From an uncultured archaeon (GTDB lineage: Archaea > Asgardarchaeota > Lokiarchaeia > Sigyniarchaeales > SOKP01): a stretch of DNA of 16,207 bases. Made by a program: the position numbers and the translations under genes. Shown piece after piece: positions 9,548 through 15,604 of this stretch (its first letter is position 1; each line of letters opens with the position of its first letter). The DNA is taken from contig CAYUTF010000062.1 of assembly GCA_964447495.1 (NCBI GenBank), positions 3,679-19,885 on the forward strand. Direction: 5' to 3'. The notes beneath the pieces are model-generated. The model searched no databases. It was not told the origin of the DNA and saw only the letters and a list, made by a program, of their open reading frames with translations.

Positions 9548-10333
9548 CTATATTTTATTTCTTGAAGGAATTAGGGCAATTTCATCATCATCATCAATGT
9601 CATATTCCTTAATAAGCAAATTTTGATGCAGTAATATTCCTCCAGAAGAGAGTAAAAATTCATCGAGATTATAACCAAACATTATTGCTATCCTCTCTTT
9701 AAGATCTTTAATGAATTCGGATGACTCAATTATCAAAATTTTAGTTTTCTCTCCAGGTTCAACTAAGGATCGAACATAAACTCGGATTTTGTCTTGCATT
9801 CCTATTTTAAATGTTGGGGGATGAAAAATAATCTTTTCATTGTTCTTAGCTTCCAACATGGAATCGATTAAACTTTTTCTTTCTTCTGGATTATAATATA
9901 ATAATTCTCTAAGGAAAAATATCTTATCCATTTTAGATAGATTTAAAAGTTCTATTTTATCTAATTCTTCCTGAATAAATAATGAGAAGATAAAATCATT
10001 AAGTTTTGGTACATCTTCGTAAGAATCATCTGAGTCTGCATATTCATCAATTATTGGCATCGCTTCGAAATAATCGCTTATAAAACCAGTAGAAATTCCC
10101 TTAATGGTTTTTACCTTCAGAGGAAACTTCTTCTTTATTGTCATTTTATCAGGTTCTTTTCTAGATTCTATAATTGTATAAAGTGTGACTGTAGGCAAAA
10201 CAGAAACACTACAAATAACTAAGAATGAATTTAGAGCGAGATTATCAATTTTAAACGAAATGAAGATAATATAGATTAAAATTAATATGATATAGAGAAT
10301 GATTGTACCAAAAAATAAACGTTTTAATTTCAT
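9548..10333 (-). CDS. Membrane-anchored protein: 2 N-terminal TM helices, helical middle region, C-terminal ubiquitin-like domain without terminal Gly
   Basis: Two N-terminal hydrophobic stretches. The last 81 aa (9551-9793) align ungapped with Ubl paralogue 1 at 30/81 identities (PGEK, FG, LSSGG, LIP) and end IPSRNKI. Confidence 0.88.
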   Translation of the reverse strand: MKLKRLFFGTIILYIILILIYIIFISFKIDNLALNSFLVICSVSVLPTVTLYTIIESRKEPDKMTIKKKFPLKVKTIKGISTGFISDYFEAMPIIDEYADSDDSYEDVPKLNDFIFSLFIQEELDKIELLNLSKMDKIFFLRELLYYNPEERKSLIDSMLEAKNNEKIIFHPPTFKIGMQDKIRVYVRSLVEPGEKTKILIIESSEFIKDLKERIAIMFGYNLDEFLLSSGGILLHQNLLIKEYDIDDDDEIALIPSRNKI

Positions 10334-10417
10334 GATTTTATTTTAATACCTTCTTCTAAATTTTAAATATTATATTCAAAATATAAATTCCATTGGAATA
10401 AATTTGCAATTTCTCTT

Positions 10418-11089
10418 TTATTCCTCATTGATTAATTTTCTAACCTCAGAATATTTATCTTCATTTAAACAAAATAAAACAGTTCTATTTTGTCTTTCAA
10501 TTTTTATTAGTTTTAAATTTTGTAAAATCTTAAGATACTTTTTTGTAGTATTATAATTCTTTTTCACTCCTTTTGCGATTTCCGCGATCTTTAATTCTTT
10601 CTTTTGCCCCTGCATGAATTTAATTATTTCTTTTACCACATTTTGTTTTGAATAGAAATGCAATTCATCGAGTTTAGGATCTAAATCAAATTTGAAAAAT
10701 ACCCGTTGATTATCAATTTTTTTTGATCTTACAAATTGAAATTTTTCTAAACAAGATAGGTGCCATAAAACTTGATTACTTCCAATGTTTAGTGCTTTCA
10801 TAATTTCATTAATGTTTGATGGAGTATGTTTAATTAAATTAAAAATTTCATTTCTTACGGGATGTTCTATAATATTATTTTTCATTAATTTAGTTCCAGG
10901 AATAAGGACTCTTTTTTTAATAAGTTTCTTTATGATACATTCGATCCTATTTTTATTTATGTTCGGATTTGCCTTTACTCTGTTATTAATGAAGACCACG
11001 ATATCTTCAATTGAAAAGAATGGTTTCTTTTTTAAATATTCTTTAATCAATTCAAAAACAACATATTCGGTATTATTCGGGGAATTCAT
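10418..11089 (-). CDS. Tandem winged helix-turn-helix transcriptional regulator (ArsR/COG3398-like)
   Basis: Two wHTH units, HPVRNEIFNLIK...INEIMKALNIGSNQVLWHLSCLEKFQFV and IAEIAKGVKKNYNTTKKYLKILQNLKLI, plus a possible third N-terminal wHTH. Confidence 0.85.
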   Translation of the reverse strand: MNSPNNTEYVVFELIKEYLKKKPFFSIEDIVVFINNRVKANPNINKNRIECIIKKLIKKRVLIPGTKLMKNNIIEHPVRNEIFNLIKHTPSNINEIMKALNIGSNQVLWHLSCLEKFQFVRSKKIDNQRVFFKFDLDPKLDELHFYSKQNVVKEIIKFMQGQKKELKIAEIAKGVKKNYNTTKKYLKILQNLKLIKIERQNRTVLFCLNEDKYSEVRKLINEE

Positions 11090-11111
11090 AAGCGTCTACT
11101 TTTGTTATGTT

Positions 11112-11137
11112 GAATGATATTAATTTAATAATCATTC
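11112..11137. promoter_or_regulatory. Inverted repeat, candidate operator between the wHTH gene and the Ubl operon
   Basis: GAATGAT-ATTAA-T-TTAAT-A-ATCATTC, 12-bp arms with a single-base bulge, 22 nt upstream of the wHTH start codon. Confidence 0.45.
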
Positions 11138-11355
11138 CTTATGTCTAAAATGATATCAGTTAATTCATATTAATTATTAGCCATTTATTCAATTTATAAG
11201 TATATTTTCTTAGGCTAATAAGGATATTATTGTATTTTTCATCTTAACTTAAAAAATTTCAAAATCATTCCAAATGGTTTTATAATATCATTTTAGCTTG
11301 ATTTTATTAAGTTTAAAAATAAACTTTAAAAAATAATAAAAAGGAAGTGAATTAA

Positions 11356-11691
11356 ATGAGTTTTGAAGAGGATTTTGATGAACAACTGGAACCATTAAAG
11401 TCTAAAACGCCTGCAAGTAAGACTCCTTCAACAGGAAAGAAAGTAACTCTATATTTTATGTCAACTATCGGGCCTGGTGAAAAGAAAGAAAAGTTAACCG
11501 TAAATGACGCTAATCAAGTAAGTGATATTAAACAAACCTTAGGAAACTTATATGGTCTCGATCCTAATGAATTTCATTTATCATCCGGTGGAGTTACAAT
11601 GGATGAAAATAATCAATTAAAAGATTATAGCGTGAATGACGGAGATGACATTCTTTTGATTCCTGCGAGCACTGCGGGTAGACTTATATAA
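11356..11691 (+). CDS. Ubiquitin-like modifier, paralogue 2, first gene of the conjugation operon (C-terminus ...IPASTAG-RLI)
   Basis: Beta-grasp core VSDIKQ...YGLDP.EFHL..GG..MDE...LKDY.V.DGD, directly upstream of E1, E2, JAMM and RING genes. SD-like GGAAGTGA precedes the ATG. Confidence 0.93.
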   Translation: MSFEEDFDEQLEPLKSKTPASKTPSTGKKVTLYFMSTIGPGEKKEKLTVNDANQVSDIKQTLGNLYGLDPNEFHLSSGGVTMDENNQLKDYSVNDGDDILLIPASTAGRLI

Positions 11692-11713
11692 TTTTCTACA
11701 TAAAGTATAATAA

Positions 11714-11747
11714 GAAGGCATATAGTCCTTCATTTATTTTTTTTTTT
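11714..11747 (+). terminator. Candidate intra-operon terminator between Ubl and E1
   Basis: GAAGG-catatagt-CCTTC hairpin (11714-11731) followed by a run of 11 T (11737-11747). Confidence 0.5.
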
Positions 11748-11757
11748 ATTAATAATT

Positions 11758-12993
11758 ATGGTGATAAGATTGGAAAAAGATTCAGATTTTTTTGCTAAAG
11801 ATCTATCAGTGGAAGAACGAGACCTCTATGATCGCCAATTTCGCCTTGAAGGATGGTCGCAAATGGTAGTAAAAAATTCGAGAGTGCTAATAGCAGGTGT
11901 AGGGGGCTTAGGTTGTGAAATTGCTAAAAATTTAGCCATGTTAGGTGTGGGTCATATCGATCTTGTTGATTTGGATATTATTGAACATTCAAATTTAAAT
12001 CGACAGATTCTTTTTACTGGGGCTCAAATGGGAGAATCAAAAGCGGTTGTAGCTGCCAGAAAATTAAGAGAAGTAAATCCAAATATAACTATTAAAGGAT
12101 ATTTTACCTCTTTAGAAAGGTTAGATCCAAACATATATCAAGCTGCTAACGTTGTGATTGGGGGTCTTGATTCAATGATCGCCCGTTTAAATTTAAATGC
12201 CCAGTGTATAAGATTTCGAAAACCTTTAGTTGATGGGGGAGTATCTGGTTATCACGGACATGTATATACCGTATTTCCTTATGAGAATGCTTGTTATGAA
12301 TGCAATCCATTACCAATGGGAGAAAGTGATGAAATGGCAGCCTGCACCGTAGTAGGAGTTCCTAGAAAAAGAATCCACTGTGTGTTTAAAGGGGATATGG
12401 CTTTTAGAGAAAAATTTGATAGAGATCCAAATCCAAAAGATATGAATGATATTAAATATATTCAAATTATTGCAAATGAATTAGTAAATAAACATAATTT
12501 CTTACCTGTATATACTAAAGATGATATTGTAAAAATTATTGATAGACATGATCCAGGAATAATTACAATAAATGCCGTAATTGCTGCTTTACAATCTCAT
12601 GAGGCTATAAAAATTATTCATTGGAAAAAAGGGCATAAAGAGATTGGTGAACCAATTAAAAGTTATGTTATTTTTAATGGGATCACAATGAAATTGTACC
12701 ATATTGATAAAAAAAGAAATCCAGAATGCTCTCAATGTGGAAAAAAAGTTCGACGGGTTATAATAAATATGAAATCACAATCACCATGCATAAATATTAT
12801 ACGAATTTTGGAGAAACATGGATATACTTTAGAAGATGATTTTGAGCCCGTAATTACCTTATTGGATTTCAATAATATAAAAATGATCGATCTAGAAAAG
12901 AATGCTACGGAAAATGAGCTGCGTAACTTCGAATTTTTAATAGTTGCAGGGTTTAATGGTGGAGAAATTTATGTAACTTTAAAATTTAAATGA
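11758..12993 (+). CDS. E1 ubiquitin-like activating enzyme (ThiF/MoeB fold, UBA2/UBA3-type catalytic Cys region)
   Basis: YDRQFRL, GVGGLG, DLDIIEHSNLNRQ, Zn pairs CYEC and CSQC, and ACTVVGVPRKRIHCV (compare UBA3 CTIASMPRLPEHCI) with Cys196 at 12343-12345. The ~80-aa C-terminal domain sits in the position of the UFD. Confidence 0.95.
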   Translation: MVIRLEKDSDFFAKDLSVEERDLYDRQFRLEGWSQMVVKNSRVLIAGVGGLGCEIAKNLAMLGVGHIDLVDLDIIEHSNLNRQILFTGAQMGESKAVVAARKLREVNPNITIKGYFTSLERLDPNIYQAANVVIGGLDSMIARLNLNAQCIRFRKPLVDGGVSGYHGHVYTVFPYENACYECNPLPMGESDEMAACTVVGVPRKRIHCVFKGDMAFREKFDRDPNPKDMNDIKYIQIIANELVNKHNFLPVYTKDDIVKIIDRHDPGIITINAVIAALQSHEAIKIIHWKKGHKEIGEPIKSYVIFNGITMKLYHIDKKRNPECSQCGKKVRRVIINMKSQSPCINIIRILEKHGYTLEDDFEPVITLLDFNNIKMIDLEKNATENELRNFEFLIVAGFNGGEIYVTLKFK

Positions 12994-13070
12994 ATTTATA
13001 GTCAAAATTATTGTTTAAGATAATTTAATAATCAAAAATTATTCCAATTAAAAAATAAAGAAAAAATGGG

Positions 13071-13607
13071 TTGAAAAAAATGAGTATAAGAAGTAGTCGT
13101 ATTTCTCGAGATTTTGCGGGTTTAAAAAAGATGCTCAAGAATGGAACAATGGTTCAATTAAAACCATTTGATCCTAATAAAAAGAGTATTGATCATTTAG
13201 CAATTACTATAAAAGGTCCAAAAGGGACCGCATATGCAGGAGGTCTCTTTAAATTAGAATTGAAATTCCCTGTTCAGTATCCCAAACAACCACCGTTCGT
13301 AAGACTACATACACCAATCTGGCATCCTAATTTTTGGCCAAAACCAAGTGAATATAAAGGACAAAGAAATATTTGTTTAGCTTTAGTTGATCCTTCTTTA
13401 GTCGGTAAAAAAGGAGGTTGGAGCCCTTCTAAAACAGCAGTCACTGTTGTACAAGCAATTATTGCAATGTTAAATACTCGTGGAAAATATGTAAATCCTA
13501 CAGATGTTTTCAATAAAAAAGCTGCAATAGAAATGATGAAGGATCAAAAATTTTTTGAGAAAAAAGTCAAAAATTTAGTAAAGAAGTATGCGAAAGATAA
13601 GTGGTGA
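13071..13607 (+). CDS. E2 ubiquitin-conjugating enzyme (UBC fold; likely start ATG 13080)
   Basis: IKGPKGTAYAGGLFKLELKFPVQYPKQPP.V...TPIWHPN...ICL...WSP, with the catalytic Cys at 13374-13376. Confidence 0.96.
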   Translation: MKKMSIRSSRISRDFAGLKKMLKNGTMVQLKPFDPNKKSIDHLAITIKGPKGTAYAGGLFKLELKFPVQYPKQPPFVRLHTPIWHPNFWPKPSEYKGQRNICLALVDPSLVGKKGGWSPSKTAVTVVQAIIAMLNTRGKYVNPTDVFNKKAAIEMMKDQKFFEKKVKNLVKKYAKDKW

Positions 13608-14421
13608 ATATACAGTGAAAATCGATGAATCTGTTAATGATCCTATTAGAGAAGCAATTAAGCAAAAAATCAAAGAGAAAATAAAAAAAGAATTACTTAA
13701 AGAGATCTATTCTGAATTACAATTTGAAGAAGAAATTACAAATGAGATAACTTCTGAAATAATCAATGAACCTCTGTTAGATTATCCCGAAATCAGTGAA
13801 GATTATCTTGAGCCTATACCGATGGAACCTATAGAAACTTATGCAAAAAATGATCAATTTAAATCATCCATAACCATGAGCGTAAAATCAATCCTTAAGA
13901 TCGCCAGTCACGCACTAAAATATGCTCACTCTAAAATTCCAAGAGAAGAATGGGTAGAGGTTATAGGCTTGCTCGCTGGAAAGTTTGATAAAGATAATAA
14001 GGTATTGCATGTTGAAGATGCTTACCCGATGGGACATGGTAATGCAGTATATGCTGAAATTAAAGATTATAAAAATTATGTAAGGGCATTTAAAGATATT
14101 AAAAAAAATGAATTATTTATATGTGGTTGGTATCATTCTCATCCATCATATGGATGTTTTATGTCTAAAGAAGATTTAGGAACCCAATCGAGATATCAAA
14201 AATTATGGGATAAAGCAATAGCACTGGTAATCGATCCTTATCAGATAGATGGCAAATCGTTGGGTTTTGAAATTTATCGGGCTAATTTTAAAACGAGAAA
14301 ATGGTTTTCTGTACCTTTTGAAATTAAAGGAAATTTAGATGCGGGGATGTTACCTGAAATTCTGGATTTTATGAATCCTATTATTGAGGGTAGGCCTGCA
14401 TATTTAGAATATGATGAATAA
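13588..14421 (+). CDS. JAMM/MPN+ metalloprotease (Rpn11/CSN5-like); likely true start GTG 13615
   Basis: EVIGLL...GWYHSHPSYGCFMSKEDLGTQ...ALVIDP gives an intact E...HxH-x7-S-x2-D motif. GGTGA at 13603-13607 lies 7 nt before GTG 13615. Confidence 0.95.
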   Translation: MRKISGEYTVKIDESVNDPIREAIKQKIKEKIKKELLKEIYSELQFEEEITNEITSEIINEPLLDYPEISEDYLEPIPMEPIETYAKNDQFKSSITMSVKSILKIASHALKYAHSKIPREEWVEVIGLLAGKFDKDNKVLHVEDAYPMGHGNAVYAEIKDYKNYVRAFKDIKKNELFICGWYHSHPSYGCFMSKEDLGTQSRYQKLWDKAIALVIDPYQIDGKSLGFEIYRANFKTRKWFSVPFEIKGNLDAGMLPEILDFMNPIIEGRPAYLEYDE

Positions 14422-14441
14422 TAATGGAAGTTGATTAATCT

Positions 14442-15602
14442 ATGGTAAAAAAGAAAAAATCAATCATCATCTTTTTTATTTTTTTTTTAGTTGGCTCTAT
14501 CCATGGATTAATTTCAATGTCATTAAATATTTTTTTAACCTGGATATTTATTGGACTCTGGTTAATTTTTACAATAAAGATTTACGAAAATATAAAGCGT
14601 CATCGGGAATTTAATTCCCCCCATAATACTGCTTTTTTTGTCACAATTCCTTTATTTATAGGATTTATTTATTCGATTTGGGGTTCTTATACGGGTTTAT
14701 TAGGAGAAAATCTTATAGAGAGCTCTAATTTCTATTTTAGCTTATGGAGTTTAATTTTTGGTTTACCTTTTGTCTTATATGGAGCTTATTCATTATACCG
14801 TTGTTTTAAAAAGTATAATGTAATCTATTTTGGCACAAAATCAGTAAAAGCAAAAACGGTAGGATACTTTTTATCTTTCTCAATTATTTTGAGCATAAGT
14901 CTTTATTGGATAATTTTTTATACTATTATTGAAGTTTATAATTCTCTACTAATTCCATTCTATTTCTCTTTAGATCTTAATCTTTTATTATTATTTATAT
15001 CAACCATAGTAATACTCATTATATTTGGATTTTTAAATGCTCAAAGGCAATTACCCCCTTTAACTCGAGATTACATAGCACAACGTACTAGAAGAATAAA
15101 TTCACTAACAACACCTACATATCAAAGCCAACAAGTACGAACAACTAATAGATCTACTACTTCTCCATCAACAAGAACGATGAGGCGTACAACTAGAACT
15201 GCGACTCAATCAACTAGAACTACACCAACATCTCATAGTCATAAAACTAGAACCACAAAAACAACTCAATCTAAAAGGACAAAGACTAGTCTAAAGATTC
15301 AGAATTTAAATAATTATAGGCCAAAAGCATCGTATTTGACTGTAGAGGATTTTAAATGTATTTTCTGTTTTAATTTACCAAAATATCCTGAGGATAAAGG
15401 GAGAGGTATCATTTTGTGCCCTAATTGCAAATATCCCGCACATGCTGATGAGTTTAAAGATTGGTCAAAGACATCAAACTTATGTTCCCGTTGTAGCGCG
15501 CCAATTCCTTCTAATTTTAGAAGAAATCCTAGAATTATTAGTGTAAAAGATTACTCAATTATCTATAAGCAGTTTTTAAAAAAGAATAATACTAGATCAT
15601 AG
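14442..15602 (+). CDS. Polytopic membrane protein (~6 TM) with Thr/Arg/Ser-rich linker and C-terminal variant RING finger; putative E3 ligase
   Basis: About six hydrophobic segments in aa 8-198, then C-x2-C-x16-C-x2-C-x4-H-x2-E-x3-W-x6-C-x2-C at 15357-15494. Last gene of the Ubl-E1-E2-JAMM run. Confidence 0.8.
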   Translation: MVKKKKSIIIFFIFFLVGSIHGLISMSLNIFLTWIFIGLWLIFTIKIYENIKRHREFNSPHNTAFFVTIPLFIGFIYSIWGSYTGLLGENLIESSNFYFSLWSLIFGLPFVLYGAYSLYRCFKKYNVIYFGTKSVKAKTVGYFLSFSIILSISLYWIIFYTIIEVYNSLLIPFYFSLDLNLLLLFISTIVILIIFGFLNAQRQLPPLTRDYIAQRTRRINSLTTPTYQSQQVRTTNRSTTSPSTRTMRRTTRTATQSTRTTPTSHSHKTRTTKTTQSKRTKTSLKIQNLNNYRPKASYLTVEDFKCIFCFNLPKYPEDKGRGIILCPNCKYPAHADEFKDWSKTSNLCSRCSAPIPSNFRRNPRIISVKDYSIIYKQFLKKNNTRS

Positions 15603-15604
15603 GA

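Noticed and set aside
10785-11117. 110-aa + strand ORF
   Set aside because: Antisense shadow of the wHTH regulator.
11309-11326. AAGTTTA-aaaa-TAAACTT inverted repeat upstream of Ubl2
   Set aside because: Short and almost all A/T in a very AT-rich spacer, so likely chance.
11356-12993. ThiS/MoaD plus ThiF/MoeB sulfur-carrier interpretation
   Set aside because: The DGD..L.IP end resembles MoaD/SAMP, but the adjacent E2, RING-like gene and UBA3-type catalytic Cys argue for protein conjugation. No thiamine or molybdopterin genes adjoin.
13274-13513. 79-aa - strand ORF
   Set aside because: Antisense to the well-supported E2 gene.
6769-14421. CBASS type II-like reading (nucleotidyltransferase with E1/E2 and JAB)
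   Set aside because: The nucleotidyltransferase looks like the archaeal COG1665 type, lies on the opposite strand several genes away and lacks a C-terminal Gly. E1 and E2 are separate eukaryote-like proteins with their own Ubl, and no CBASS effector is visible.
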